This document shows, one piece after another, positions 1 through 13,500 of a stretch of 64,000 nucleotides of DNA. The stretch comes from Eledone cirrhosa (Eukaryota), in the NCBI GenBank assembly GCA_964016885.1, contig OZ024741.1, positions 4,402,001-4,466,000 on the forward strand, read 5' to 3'. The notes beneath the pieces are model-generated. The model searched no databases. It saw only the letters and a list, made by a program, of their open reading frames with translations, and was not told where the DNA came from. The position numbers and the translations under genes are program-made. How positions within the stretch are numbered: position 1 is the stretch's first letter; every line of letters begins with the position of its first letter.

Positions 1-1208
1 AACCCTATAAAACTAACAACTTTAAGTTCTCATTCTCTCATTGCCTTTTCGGCACCAGGCCAAGAGCCTCTCATTTGGCCTTCCTGGCGCCTGGCTGGCC
101 TTAGCCAGGCGTCCTCTGCCAGCCGCGTTTGCCTGGCAATCAAAACGGTAACTACTAACTTTGCTTCATTCTATCATCTATTTCTTTGACATTGCAACTA
201 TACTATCTACCATTGTTTGTTAATTAAATATTATACACACAAACAATGTATTCCTTGTTACATTCATGCAACCCAGTATCTTCGCTAAATTGGTAACACT
301 GACGTGATACGAACACGCAGCCGTTCATCGCTATAAGTGGTCACCCCAAAAAAAGAAAAAAATAGCACATCTGGTTTTGTGTGAGTAACATTACGAATAC
401 ACAGCAAATTTATCGACAAACTATGAAAATACTCAGTAAAAGAAACAAACGCACACACGCACATGTGGAATTCGCACAAACAGACTTTTTCTCTCACACA
501 TCAACTAACTGTCGCATTTCACCAATATATATATGTTTCTCGTTTCTTACAACGAACACTTCCAAAAAAAAAAAAAAAAAAAAAACATTTCACGATATAT
601 ATATATGTTTCTCGTTTCTTACAACGAACTCTTTCAAAACAAAACAAAAAAAAAGAAATTTGATATTCTTTAAAAAACATTTCAACAGGAACATTTATTT
701 TCGATGACCCATTGCCTTTTTGTTCATCGTTTTCTTCATCGTTCAAGTTTTTTTTTTCCAAAGTTCACACCAATAATTATGCTGAGTGAAGCCTTTCTTT
801 TTCATCATTGTCACTTTCAAAATTGCACTATCATTTTCTCGCGCGTTAGAAATATTAATTTTTCAACCTTGTATTGGCACGTGTAGGCAGCACAAATCCT
901 CGACTCACAGAGATAGCCGCACGCCAGAGATAACATTTCTCGCCAAGGATTCTTCAGCCTTAAGCTATATTCTTCTATTTGCCGGTTTATAAATTTACAA
1001 TGTAAATTTACCGTTGATAACCGCGCATTTATTCAGAATGCTTATTTCTCTGGTCGCTGGCCTCTTGACCCTTCCAGGTCAACGCATTCTCAACATCGAC
1101 CATCAACTTCGGCTGCTATTTCTAGCACTTTGCGCAACTCATTTTTTCTAAAAAAAAAAATTTTTTTTTACTGTGAATTTAAACACCGAATACGCTCACT
1201 CAGCGAGA

Positions 1209-1241
<33 letters not shown>

Positions 1242-2021
1242 TACATCAACACAGCTTCACTAACAACCAAAGCCAGAGAATTTATTTTTGCAGCACTCTT
1301 CCTGTGAGAAAATCCATTCGGAGGTTGGAAATTTCACGATATACCACAGAACAGAGACCACCTGCATTCATTCTCTGGAACACACTTTCTTTCCTGCTGT
1401 CAAGTGATTGCACACCTGTGAACTATATTTTGTACATTTGAACTTTGAGCTCTTCTCTTACTTTATTACATTGTATCTTTGGGTGATGGATAAATGGATG
1501 TCCAGTCGTTCTCTGGCCAAGAGCGGTTGGCTACCTTGATATCTATCATTGATTTTTCCAAACATTCTCTTGTCGTAATTTTCATGCCTGTTACAACATT
1601 CTCGCCAACTTGCTACATATTTTCATTTCGATTTTTATACACTAAAATTCTGGCGGGAGGTTATGTAGCAGTTGTCTCCCTTGTTTGGGTTATCATCTAG
1701 ACGGGAAGTAGAACCCTTTCTGCAACTTCCGGTCAGAACCCTATAAAACTAACAACTTTAAGTTCTCACTCTCTCATTGCCTTTTCGGCACCAGGCCAAG
1801 AGCCTCTCATTTGGCCTTCCTGGCGCCTGGCTGGCCTTAGCCAGGCGTCCTCTGCCAGCCGCGTTTGCCTGGCAATCAAAACGGTAACTACCAACTTTGC
1901 TTCATTCTATCATCTATTTCTTTGACATTGCAACTATACTATCTACCATTGTTAATTAAATATTATACACACAAACAATGTATTCCTTGTTACATTCATA
2001 CAACCCAGTAATTCCGCTATA
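1..2021 (+). mobile_element. Small non-autonomous LTR retrotransposon (TRIM/LARD-like, probably Gypsy-derived); 5' LTR runs off the window start
   Basis: 1-289 is a near-identical direct repeat of 1737-2021. The 3' LTR spans 1664-2021 with termini TGTAGC...GCTATA. A PBS follows the 5' LTR and a purine tract GGCGGGAGG (1652-1660) precedes the 3' LTR. The ~1.35-kb interior has no long ORF. RTE sequence resumes at 2022. Confidence 0.85.
291..308 (+). promoter_or_regulatory. Primer-binding site, tRNA-Trp-like
   Basis: TGGTAACACTGACGTGAT matches the classic tRNA-Trp PBS TGGTGACCCCGACGTGAT at 15/18 and lies 1 nt after the LTR end. Confidence 0.75.
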
Positions 2022-3460
2022 CACCCATACTTTGCATTTGGGACATAAAATGGAGTTTCTACCTACTCCTTTCCTACACACTGAGCATGGCCATTTCTCG
2101 GATGGGACCGGTGCCCTATTTTCCTTCCTACAAACTAGAACTTTAGTCTTAGACAGGTTAATTTTAAGGCCTTTTGATTCTAGGCCATGCTTCCATGTTT
2201 GGAATTTCTTCTCTAGTTCGGCCATTGATTCAGCTATGAGCGTTAGATCATCTGCGTATAGGAGTACCCATGGGCAGCTGGTCTTGAACTCCACTGTTAT
2301 AGCCTGAAGGGCAATAATAAATAGTAGGGGGCTAAGAACGGAGCCCTGACGAACACCAACTTTTACGCTAAACTCTTCACTATATTCGTTGTTAATTCTA
2401 ACCTTGCTGACTGTTTCTTTATACATGGCTTGTATAGCTCTCTCAAGCCATTCGTCAACACCTAGTTTTCTAAGAGCCCACCAGATAATGGAATGGGGGA
2501 CTCTGTCGAAGGCTTTCTCCAAGTCGACAAAAGCTAAGTATAGGGGTTTACTTTTAGCTAGGTACTTCTCCTGTAGTTGTCGTACAATGAAAAGAGCGTC
2601 TGTGGTACTTTTACCTGACACAAACCCGAACTGCATTTCATCTAGATTAATTCTCTCCGATTAGTTGCGCTATTACTTTTTCTGTGACCTTCATGACCTG
2701 GTTGATTAATTTAATGCCTCTATAGTTACTCCTATCTAGGGCATCTCCTTTACCCTTGTAGCAGTTAATGATGATGCTGCTACGCCAGTCCTTCGGAACA
2801 ACCCCATTCTGTATGACTTGGTTTACTATCCGGGTGACCATAGTGTGTCCCACCGTTCCAGAAGCTTTCAGCATTTCAGCAACTATTTCCGAAGGCCCAG
2901 CCGCCTTACCCGTCTTCATATCTTTGATTGCCTTACTTATTATACTACCTTCGACTAACACTGCTGGTCCCTCTATTGGGTCGATGTGGGGGGGACTGTC
3001 TTTCTCCCATTTATTCTCCTCATTTAGTAGCCTTTCGTAGTGACACTTCCAAGCTACCTTCTTATCAGCGTCAGTGATGGCAAGTACACCATCATCATTA
3101 AGGACACACTTCTCCCCGACAATATCACGGTTTTCCTTGACACATTGCCTAGCAATCCTGGACACCTCACGTTTTTGGTCCTCGCGTTGTAGAACATGCT
3201 TGAACTTTCTTTCCTCTGCTTCCCTTCTTGCGAAGTACACTTGTCTCCTAGCTTCCCTCCTGGCCACTTGATAGTCTTCTCTACTTCCCCCATCCCGCCA
3301 TACTTTCCAAGCCTGCTTTTTGGCCTTAATTGACCCCTCCACCTTACTGTTCCACCACCATGTTACTCTCCTCCTGCCTACAGGCCTGCTCCAGCCACAG
3401 ACTTCGTCTGCCGCCATCAGCAGGTTTGCTTTCAGAAATTCCCACCGTTCCTCTATATTG
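2022..3460 (-). mobile_element. RTE-clade LINE fragment (family A), RT region, frameshifted and interrupted by the LTR element
   Basis: ORFs 2647-3417 and 1956-2636 carry NYRGIKL, QFGF, FVDLEKAFD, GVRQGSVLSPLLF and YADD. It is near-identical to 39600-41040. Confidence 0.93.
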
Positions 3461-3533
3461 TATATATATATCCTCTATATAAATGAAAGGTATACAAAAT
3501 ATTGTAGCATAAAGCCAACAGTATTCCATAATA

Positions 3534-3534
<1 letters not shown>

Positions 3535-3622
<88 letters not shown>
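3535..3622. repeat. (TA)n microsatellite
   Basis: Uninterrupted TA run. Confidence 0.98.
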
Positions 3623-3630
<8 letters not shown>

Positions 3631-3693
3631 TTGTGTACTCTAACGGAGCATGCATGCTTCGTTCCTTTCCAGTCTGTGCAAGTCCTCATATGT

Positions 3694-3915
3694 ATCATCA
3701 TCATCACCGTTTTATGTCCGTTCTTCCACGCTAGCATGGGTTAGACGGATTGTCCTGTTGTGGGCAGTGTCTGGTCGGCTGACCATGCCTTGCTCATACA
3801 GGAACTGATTTTGGCTTGATTTCTGCAGCTGGATGCCCTTCCTAACACCAACCTCATTTACAGTGAGTGCTGGGTGCTTTTTTTCCGTGGCCACTACATG
3901 GCCACTTTACAGTGG
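3694..3915 (-). mobile_element. Short RTE-tail-bearing element (SINE-like or RTE 3' end)
   Basis: (CAT)n tail, GTCCG..TTCCACGCTAGCATGGGTTAGACG terminal motif and the CTGGATGCCCTTCCTAACACCAACC module shared with the RTE-A 3' UTR. Confidence 0.75.
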
Positions 3916-4420
3916 GGGGTAGTAGAGTGGGTAATAGGAAAAGAGTCAGGACCCCGAAGGTTGAGCTCTGGCCGTTTCCAAAGCTAGATCTGAACTAACC
4001 CATTAGTGTTAGGATGATAGTAGTCTAGCTGAACTTATCAAGAGGTATAGTCCATATATGGGCAGGTAATGAGAGCGTAGCAGTCGTGTCATATCAAATA
4101 ATTCTAAAAGTTGTTGTTTTTCTTTTGTCATGGAGAGTGGTCAAAGATTTTGTAAACACAGTTAAATTCCTTCATAGTGGTGGGTGGAGAGGGGTTGGCT
4201 GAACTTGCCCGTAGAACCAAGGGGAGGGAGTAAGATGACATTCTGACCTGTGGATGCTAGGTCGGTCATGAGGGAATTCTTTACAGCTCTCTCTAAAGGG
4301 GGTAAAAACCTATGATAAACATTGACTAAAGAGCAAAGCAAATAAAATTTAATACTAAATTCCTAATTAATAAAATCTAGTTACTCTAATACACTACAAC
4401 AGTACATAGTGATCATGTTG

Positions 4421-4597
4421 GCGTCACAACAAAAAGCGCTCAGTCCACACTGTAAAGAGCATTCAGCTGTAGGAACCTATCCAGAAACAGTTCTGTAAGA
4501 ACAAGTCATGGTCACCTGACCTGGTTTGTCTCACATTAGAACAACCTGTCTAACGTGGTAAACAGTTATGATGATGGTGATGATGATGATGATGATG
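4421..4597 (+). mobile_element. Degraded RTE-tail-bearing short element whose (GAT)n tail abuts the big array
   Basis: GTCACAACAAAAAGC..CAGTCCACACTGTAAAG module followed by an (ATG)n tail. Confidence 0.6.
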
Positions 4598-7500
4598 GTT
4601 GTTGGTAGTGCTGCTGTTGTTGGTAGCGCTGTTGTTGGTAGTGCTGCTGTGTTGGTAGTACTGTTGTTGTTGGTAGTACTGTTGTTGTTGGTAGTACTGT
4701 TGTTGTTGGTAGTGCTGTTGTTGTTGGTACTACTGTTGTTGTTGGTACTACTGTTGTTGTTGGTAGTACTGTTGTTGTTGGTAGTACTGTTGTTGTTGGT
4801 AGTACTGTTGTTGTTGGTAGTACTGTTGTTGTTGGTACTACTGTTGTTGTTGGTAGTACTGTTGTTGTTGGTAGTACTGTTGTTGTTGGTAGTACTGTTG
4901 TTGTTGTTGGTAGTACTGTTGTTGTTGGTAGTGCTGTTGTTGTTGTTGGTAGTACTGTTGTTGTTGGTAGTACTGTTGTTGTTGGTAGTGCTGTTGTTGT
5001 TGTTGGTAGTACTGTTGTTGTTGGTAGTGCTGTTGTTGTTGTTGGTAGTACTGTTGTTGTTGGTAGTACTGTTGTTGTTGGTAGTACTGTTGTTGTTGGT
5101 AGTACTGTTGTTGTTGGTACTACTGTTGTTGTTGGTAGTACTGTTGTTGTTGGTAGTACTGTTGTTGTTGGTAGTACTGTTGTTGTTGTTGGTAGTACTG
5201 TTGTTGTTGGTAGTGCTGTTGTTGTTGTTGGTAGTACTGTTGTTGTTGGTAGTACTGTTGTTGTTGGTAGTGCTGTTGTTGTTGTTGGTAGTACTGTTGT
5301 TGTTGGTAGTACTGTTGTTGTTGGTAGTACTGTTGTTGTTGGTACTACTGTTGTTGTTGGTACTACTGTTGTTGTTGGTAGTACTGTTGTTGTTGGTAGT
5401 ACTGTTGTTGTTGGTAGTACTGCTGTTGTTGTTGGTAGTACTGCTGTTGTTGGTAGTACTGTTGTTGTTGGTAGTACTGTTGTTGTTGGTAGTACTGCTG
5501 TTGTTGTTGGTAGTACTGTTGTTGTTGGTAGTACTGTTGTTGTTGGTAGTACTGTTGTTGTTGGTAGTACTGTTGTTGTTGGTAGTACTGTTGTTGTTGT
5601 TGGTAGTACTGTTGTTGTTGGTAGTACTGTTGTTGTTGGTAGTACTGTTGTTGTTGGTAGTACTGTTGTTGTTGGTACTACTGTTGTTGTTGGTACTACT
5701 GTTGTTGTTGGTACTACTGTTGTTGTTGGTAGTACTGTTGTTGTTGGTAGTACTGTTGTTGTTGGTAGTACTGTTGTTGTTGTTGGTAGTACTGTTGTTG
5801 TTGGTAGTACTGTTGTTGTTGGTAGTACTGTTGTTGTTGGTAGTACTGTTGTTGTTGGTACTACTGTTGTTGTTGGTACTACTGTTGTTGTTGGTACTAC
5901 TGTTGTTGTTGGTACTACTGTTGTTGTTGGTAGTACTGTTGTTGTTGGTAGTACTGTTGTTGTTGGTAGTACTGTTGTTGTTGGTACTACTGTTGTTGTT
6001 GGTACTACTGTTGTTGTTGGTAGTACTGTTGTTGTTGGTAGTACTGTTGTTGTTGGTAGTACTGTTGTTGTTGTTGGTAGTACTGTTGTTGTTGGTAGTA
6101 CTGTTGTTGTTGTTGGTAGTACTGTTGTTGTTGGTAGTACTGTTGTTGTTGGTACTACTGTTGTTGTTGGTACTACTGTTGTTGTTGGTAGTACTGTTGT
6201 TGTTGTGGTAGTACTGTTGTTGTTGGTAGTACTGTTGTTGTTGTTGGTAGTACTGTTGTTGTTGGTAGTACTGTTGTTGTTGGTACTACTGTTGTTGTTG
6301 GTACTACTGTTGTTGTTGGTAGTACTGTTGTTGTTGTTGGTAGTACTGTTGTTGTTGGTAGTACTGTTGTTGTTGGTAGTACTGTTGTTGTTGGTAGTAC
6401 TGTTGTTGTTGGTAGTACTGTTGTTGTTGTTGGTAGTACTGTTGTTGTTGGTAGTACTGTTGTTGTTGGTAGTACTGTTGTTGTTGGTAGTACTGTTGTT
6501 GTTGGTAGTACTGTTGTTGTTGGTAGTACTGTTGTTGTTGGTAGTACTGTTGTTGTTGGTACTACTGTTGTTGTTGGTAGTACTGTTGTTGTTGGTAGTA
6601 CTGTTGTTGTTGGTAGTACTGTTGTTGTTGGTAGTACTGTTGTTGTTGGTAGTACTGTTGTTGTTGGTAGTACTGTTGTTGTTGGTAGTACTGTTGTTGT
6701 GTTGGTAGTACTGTTGTTGTTGGTAGTACTGTTGTTGTTGGTAGTACTGTTGTTGTTGGTAGTACTGTTGTTGTTGGTAGTACTGTTGTTGTTGGTAGTA
6801 CTGTTGTTGTTGGTAGTACTGTTGTTGTTGGTAGTACTGTTGTTGTTGGTAGTACTGTTGTTGTTGTTGGTAGTACTGTTGTTGTTGGTAGTACTGTTGT
6901 TGTTGGTAGTACTGTTGTTGTTGGTAGTACTGTTGTTGTTGGTAGTACTGTTGTTGTTGGTAGTACTGTTGTTGTTGTTGGTACGTACTGTTGTTGTTGG
7001 TAGTACTGTTGTTGTTGGTACTACTGTTGTTGTTGGTAGTACTGTTGTTGTTGGTAGTACTGTTGTTGTTGGTAGTACTGTTGTTGTTGTTGGTAGTACT
7101 GTTGTTGTTGGTAGTACTGTTGTTGTTGGTAGTACTGTTGTTGTTGGTAGTACTGTTGTTGTTGGTAGTACTGTTGTTGTTGGTAGTACTGTTGTTGTTG
7201 TTGGTAGTACTGTTGTTGTTGGTAGTACTGTTGTTGTTGTTGGTAGTACTGTTGTTGTTGGTAGTACTGTTGTTGTTGGTAGTACTGTTGTTGTTGGTAG
7301 TACTGTTGTTGTTGGTAGTACTGTTGTTGTTGGTAGTACTGTTGTTGTTGGTAGTACTGTTGTTGTTGGTAGTACTGTTGTTGTTGGTAGTACTGTTGTT
7401 GTTGTTGGTAGTACTGTTGTTGTTGGTAGTACTGTTGTTGTTGGTAGTACTGTTGTTGTTGGTAGTACTGTTGTTGTTGGTAGTACTGTTGTTGTTGGTA

Positions 7501-10500
7501 GTACTGTTGTTGTTGGTAGTACTGTTGTTGTTGGTAGTACTGTTGTTGTTGGTAGTACTGTTGTTGTTGGTAGTACTGTTGTTGTTGGTAGTACTGTTGT
7601 TGTTGGTAGTACTGTTGTTGTTGGTAGTACTGTTGTTGTTGGTAGTACTGTTGTTGTTGGTAGTACTGTTGTTGTTGGTAGTACTGTTGTTGTTGGTAGT
7701 ACTGTTGTTGTTGGTACTACTGTTGTTGTTGGTAGTACTGTTGTTGTTGGTAGTACTGTTGTTGTTGGTAGTACTGTTGTTGTTGTTGGTAGTACTGTTG
7801 TTGTTGGTAGTACTGTTGTTGTTGGTACTACTGTTGTTGTTGGTAGTACTGTTGTTGTTGGTAGTACTGTTGTTGTTGGTAGTACTGTTGTTGTTGGTAG
7901 TACTGTTGTTGTTGGTAGTACTGTTGTTGTTGTTGGTAGTACTGTTGTTGTTGGTAGTACTGTTGTTGTTGGTAGTACTGTTGTTGTTGGTAGTACTGTT
8001 GTTGTTGTTGGTAGTACTGTTGTTGTTGGTAGTACTGTTGTTGTTGGTACTACTGTTGTTGTTGGTAGTACTGTTGTTGTTGGTAGTACTGTTGTTGTTG
8101 TTGGTAGTACTGTTGTTGTTGGTAGTACTGTTGTTGTTGGTAGTACTGTTGTTGTTGGTAGTACTGTTGTTGTTGGTAGTACTGTTGTTGTTGGTAGTAC
8201 TGTTGTTGTTGTTGGTAGTACTGTTGTTGTTGGTAGTACTGTTGTTGTTGGTAGTACTGTTGTTGTTGGTAGTACTGTTGTTGTTGGTAGTACTGTTGTT
8301 GTTGGTAGTACTGTTGTTGTTGTTGGTAGTACTGTTGTTGTTGGTAGTACTGTTGTTGTTGTTGGTAGTACTGTTGTTGTTGGTAGTACTGTTGTTGTTG
8401 GTAGTACTGTTGTTGTTGGTAGTACTGTTGTTGTTGGTAGTACTGTTGTTGTTGGTACGTACTGTTGTTGTTGGTAGTACTGTTGTTGTTGGTAGTACTG
8501 TTGTTGTTGGTAGTACTGTTGTTGTTGTTGGTAGTACTGTTGTTGTTGGTAGTACTGTTGTTGTTGGTACTACTGTTGTTGTTGGTAGTACTGTTGTTGT
8601 TGGTAGTACTGTTGTTGTTGGTAGTACTGTTGTTGTTGTTGGTAGTACTGTTGTTGTTGTTGGTAGTACTGTTGTTGTTGGTATAGTACTGTTGTTGTTG
8701 GTAGTACTGTTGTTGTTGGTAGTACTGTTGTTGTTGGTAGTACTGTTGTTGTTGGTAGTACTGTTGTTGTTGTTGGTAGTACTGTTGTTGTTGTTGGTAG
8801 TACTGTTGTTGTTGGTAGTACTGTTGTTGTTGGTAGTACTGTTGTTGTTGGTAGTACTGTTGTTGTTGGTAGTACTGTTGTTGTTGGTAGTACTGTTGTT
8901 GTTGGTACTACTGTTGTTGTTGGTAGTACTGTTTGGTACTACTGTTGTTGTTGGTAGTACTGTTGTTGTTGGTAGTACTGTTGTTGTTGGTAGTACTGTT
9001 GTTGTTGGTAGTACTGTTGTTGNNNNNNNNNNNNNNNNNNNNNNNNNNNNNNNNNNNNNNNNNNNNNNNNNNNNNNNNNNNNNNNNNNNNNNNNNNNNNN
9101 NNNNNNNNNNNNNNNNNNNNNNNNNNNNNNNNNNNNNNNNNNNNNNNNNNNNNNNNNNNNNNNNNNNNNNNNNNNNNNNNNNNNNNNNNNNNNNNNNNNN
9201 NNNNNNNNNNNNNNNNNNNNNNTGTTGTTGTTGTTGGTAGTACTGTTGTTGTTGGTAGTACTGTTGTTGTTGTTGGTAGTACTGTGTTGTTGTTGGTAGT
9301 ACTGTTGTTTAGTTTTGTAGTACTTTGTGAGTGGTAGTACTGTTGTTGTTGTTGGTAGTACGTGTTGTTGCGTTGTTGTTGTAGCTACTGCTTGTTTGTT
9401 GGGTAGTACTGTTGTTGTTGTTGGTAGGTGGGTACTGTTGTGTGGTGTTGTTGGGGTAGTACTGCTTGTTGTTGTGTTGGTAGTACTGTTGTTGTTGGTA
9501 GTACTGTTGTTGTTGTTGGTAGTACTGTTGTTGTTGTGGTTAGTACTGTTTGTTACTGTTGTTGTTGGTAGTACTGTTGTTGTTGGTAGTACTGTTTGTT
9601 GTTGTTGGTAGTACTGCTTGTTGTTGGGTAGTACTGTTGTTGTTGTTGGTAGTACTGTGTTGTGTTGGTAGTACTGTTGTTGTTGTTGGTAGTACTGTGT
9701 TGTTTGGTAGTACTGTTGTTGTTGTTGGGTAGTACTGTTGTTGTTGTTGGTAGTACTGTTGTTGTTGTTGGTAGTACTTGTGTTGTTGGTTCTGTGTTGG
9801 TAGTACTGTTGTTGTTGTTGGTAGTACTGTTGTTGTTGGTAGTACTGTTGTTGTTGTTGGTAGTACTGTTGTTGTTTGGTAGTACTGTTGTTGTTGTTGG
9901 TAGTACTGTTGTTCTGTTGTTGGTAGTACTGTTGTTGTTGGTAGTACTGTTGTTGTTGTTGGTAGTACTGTTGTTGTTGTTGGTAGTACTGTTGTTGTTG
10001 TTGGTAGTACTGTTGTTGTTGGTAGTACTGTTGTTGTTGTTGGTAGTAACTGTTGTTGTTGGTAGTACTGTTGTTGTTGTTGGTAGTACTGTTGTTGTTG
10101 GTAGTACTGTTGTTGTTGTTGGTAGTACTGTTGTTGTTGTTGGTAGTACTGTTGTGTGTTGGTAGTACTGTTGTTGTTGTGGTAGTACTGTTGTTGTTGG
10201 TAGTACTGTTGGTTGTTGTGTTGGTAGTACTGTTGTTGTTGTTGGTAGTACTGTTGTTGTTGGTAGTACTGTTGTTGTTGTTGGTAGTACTGTTGTTGTT
10301 GTTGGTAGTACTGTTGTTGATGTTGGTAGTACTGTTGTTGTTGGTAGTACTGTTGTTGTGGTAGTACTGTTGTTGTTGTTGGTAGTACTGTTGTTGTTGT
10401 TGGTAGTACTGTTGTTGTTGTTGGTAGTACTGTGTTGTTGTTGGTAGTACTGTTGTTGTTGGTGGTAGTACTGTTGTTGTTGGTAGTACTGTTGTTGTGT

Positions 10501-13500
10501 TGGTAGTACTGTTGTGTTGTTGGTAGTACTGTTGTTGTTGTTGGTAGTACTGTTGTTGTTGTTGGTAGTACTGTTGTTGTTGTTGGTAGTACTGTTGTTG
10601 TTGTTGGTAGTACTGCTGTGTGTGTTGTTGTTGTGTAGTACTGTTGTTGTTGGTAGTACTGTTGTTGTTGTTGGTAGTACTGTTGTTGTTGGGTAGTACT
10701 GTTGTTGTTGTTGGTAGTACTGTTGTTGTTGGTAGTACTGTTGTTGTTGGTAGTACTGTTGTTGTTTGTTGGTAGTACTGTTGTTTGTTGTTGGTAGTAC
10801 TGTTGTTGTGTTGGTAGTACTGTTGTTGTTGTTGGTAGTACTGTTGTTGTTGGTAGTACTGTTGTTGTTGTTGGTAGTACTGTTGTTGTTGGTAGTACTG
10901 TTGTTGTTGTTGGTAGTACTGTTGTTGTTGTTGGTAGTACTGTTGTTGTTGTTGGTAGTACTGTTGTTGTTGGTAGTACTGTTGTTGTTGGTAGACTATA
11001 GTTGTTGGTAGTACTGTTGTTGTTGGTAGTACTGTTGTTGTTGTTGGTAGTACTGTTGTTGTTGGTAGTACTGTTGTTGTTGTTGGTAGTACTGTTGTTG
11101 TTGTTGGTAGTACTGTTGTTGTTGGTAGTACTGTTGTTGTTGTTGGTAGTACTGTTGTTGTTGTTGGTAGTACTGTTGTTGTTGGTAGTACTGTTGTTGT
11201 TGTTGGTAGTACTGTTGTTGTTGGTAGTACTGTTAGTTGTTGTTGGTAGTACTGTTGTTGTTGTTGGTAGTACTGTTGTTGTTGTTGGTAGTACTGCTGG
11301 TTGTTGTTGGTAGTACTGTTGTTGTTGGTAGTACTGTTGTTGTTGGTAGTACTGTTGTTGTTGTTGTAGTACTGTTGTTGTTGGTAGTACTGTTGTTGTG
11401 TTGGTAGTACTGTTGTTGTTGTTGGTAGTACTGTTGTTGTTGGTAGTACTGTTGTTGAGTCTGTTGTTGTTGGTAGTACTGTTGTTGTTGTTGGTAGTAC
11501 TGTTGTTGTTGGTAGTACTGTTGTTGTTGTTGGTAGTACTGTTGTTGTTGGTAGTACTGTTGTTGTTGTTGGTAGTACTGTTGTTGTTGGTAGTACTGTT
11601 GTTGTTGGTAGTACTGTTGTTGTTGGTAGTACTGTTGTTGTTGTTGGTAGTACTGTTGTTGTTGTTGTAGTACTGTTGTTGTTGGTAGTACTGTTGTTGT
11701 TGTTGGTAGTACTGTTGTGTGGTAGTACTGTTGTTGTTGGTAGTACTGTTGTTGTTGGTAGTACTGTTGTTGTTGTTGGTAGTACTGTTGTTGTTGGTAG
11801 TACTGTTGTTGTTGTTGGTAGTACTGTTGTTGTTGGTAGTACTGTTGTTGTTGTTGGTAGTAAGCTGTTGTTGTTGGTAGTACTGTTGTTGTTGTTTGGT
11901 AGTACTGTTGTTGTTGGTAGTACTGTTGTGTTGGTAGTACTGTTGTTGTTGGTAGTACTGTTGTTGTTGTTGGTAGTACTGTTGTTTGTTGGTAGTACTG
12001 TTGTTGTTGTTGGTAGTACTGTTGTTGTTGGTAGTACTGTGTTGTTGTTGGTAGTACTGTTGTTGTTGTTGGTAGTACTGTTGTTGTTGGTAGTACTGTT
12101 GTTGTTGGTAGTACTGTTGTTGTTGGTAGTACTGTTGTTGTTGTGGTAGTACTGTTGTTGTTGTTGGTAGTACTGTTGTTGTTGGTAGTACTGTTGTTGT
12201 TGTTGGTAGTACTGTTGTTGTTGTTGTAGGTACTGCTTGTTGTTGGTAGTACTGTTGTTGTTGGTAGTACTGTTGTTGTTGGTAGTACTGTTGTTGTTGT
12301 TGGTAGTACTGTTGTTGTTGGTAGTACTGTTGTTGTTGGTAGTACTGTTGTTGTTGTTGGTAGTACTGTGTTGTTGGTAGTACTGTTGTTGTTGTAGTAC
12401 TGTTGTTGTTGGTAGTACTGTTGTTGTTGTTGGTAGTACTGTTGTTGTTGGTAGTACTGTTGTTGTTGTTGGTAGTACTGTTGTTGTTGGTAGTACTGTT
12501 GTTGTTGGTAGTACTGCTGTTGTTGTTGGTAGTACTGTTGTTGTTGGTAGTACTGTTGTTGTTGGTAGTACTGTGTTGTTGTTGGTAGTACTGTTGTTGT
12601 TGGTAGTACTGCTTGTTGTTGTTGGTAGTACTGTTGTTGTTGGTAGTACTGTTGTTGTTGGTAGTACTGTTGTTGTTGTAGTACTGCTTGTTGTTGGTAG
12701 TACTGTTGTTGTTGGTAGTACTGTTGTTGTTGTTGGTAGTACTGTTGTTGTTGTTGGTAGTACTGTTGTTGTTGGTAGTACTGTTGTTGTTGTTGGTAGT
12801 ACTGTTGTTGTTGGTAGTACTGTTGTTTGGTAGTACTGCTTTGTTGTTGGTAGTACTGTTGTTGTTGTTGGTAGTACTGTTGTTGTTGTTGGTAGTACTG
12901 TTGTTGTTGTAGTACTGTTGTTGTTGGTAGTACTGTTGGTTGTTGTTGGTAGTACTGTTGTTGTTGGTAGTACTGTTGTTGTTGTTGGTAGTACTGTTGT
13001 TGTTGGTAGTACTGCTGTTGTTGGTAGTACTGTTGTTGTTGGTAGTACTGTTGTTGTTGTTGGTAGTACTGTTGTTGTTGTTGGTAGTACTGTTGTTGTT
13101 GGTAGTACTGCTGTTGTTGGTAGTACTGTTGTTGTTGGTAGTACTGTTGTTGTTGTTGGTAGTACTGTTGTTGTTGGTAGTACTGTTGTTGTTGGTAGTA
13201 CTGTTGTCGTTGTTGGTAGTACTGTTGTTTTTGGTAGTACTGTTGTTGTTGTTGGTAGTACTGTTGTTGTTGGTAGTACTGTTGTTGTTGGTAGTACTGT
13301 TGTTGTTGGTAGTACTGTTGTTGTTGGTAGTACTGTTGTTGTTGGTAGTACTGTTGTTGTTGGTAGTACTGTTGTTGTTGTTGGTAGTACTGTTGTTGTT
13401 GTTGGTAGTACTGTTGTTGTTGGTAGTACTGTTGTTGTTGGTAGTACTGTTGTTGTTGGTAGTACTGTTGTTGTTGTTGGTAGTACTGTTGTTGTTGTTG

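Noticed and set aside
1664-2021. Retrozyme (non-coding LTR element with a hammerhead in the LTR)
   Set aside because: No CTGANGA..GAAA core was found on either strand of the LTR.
4531-4600. Hydrophobic IIIIIITIIITVY end of the mucin-like frame as a membrane anchor
   Set aside because: It is the reverse complement of a retroelement (GAT)n tail.
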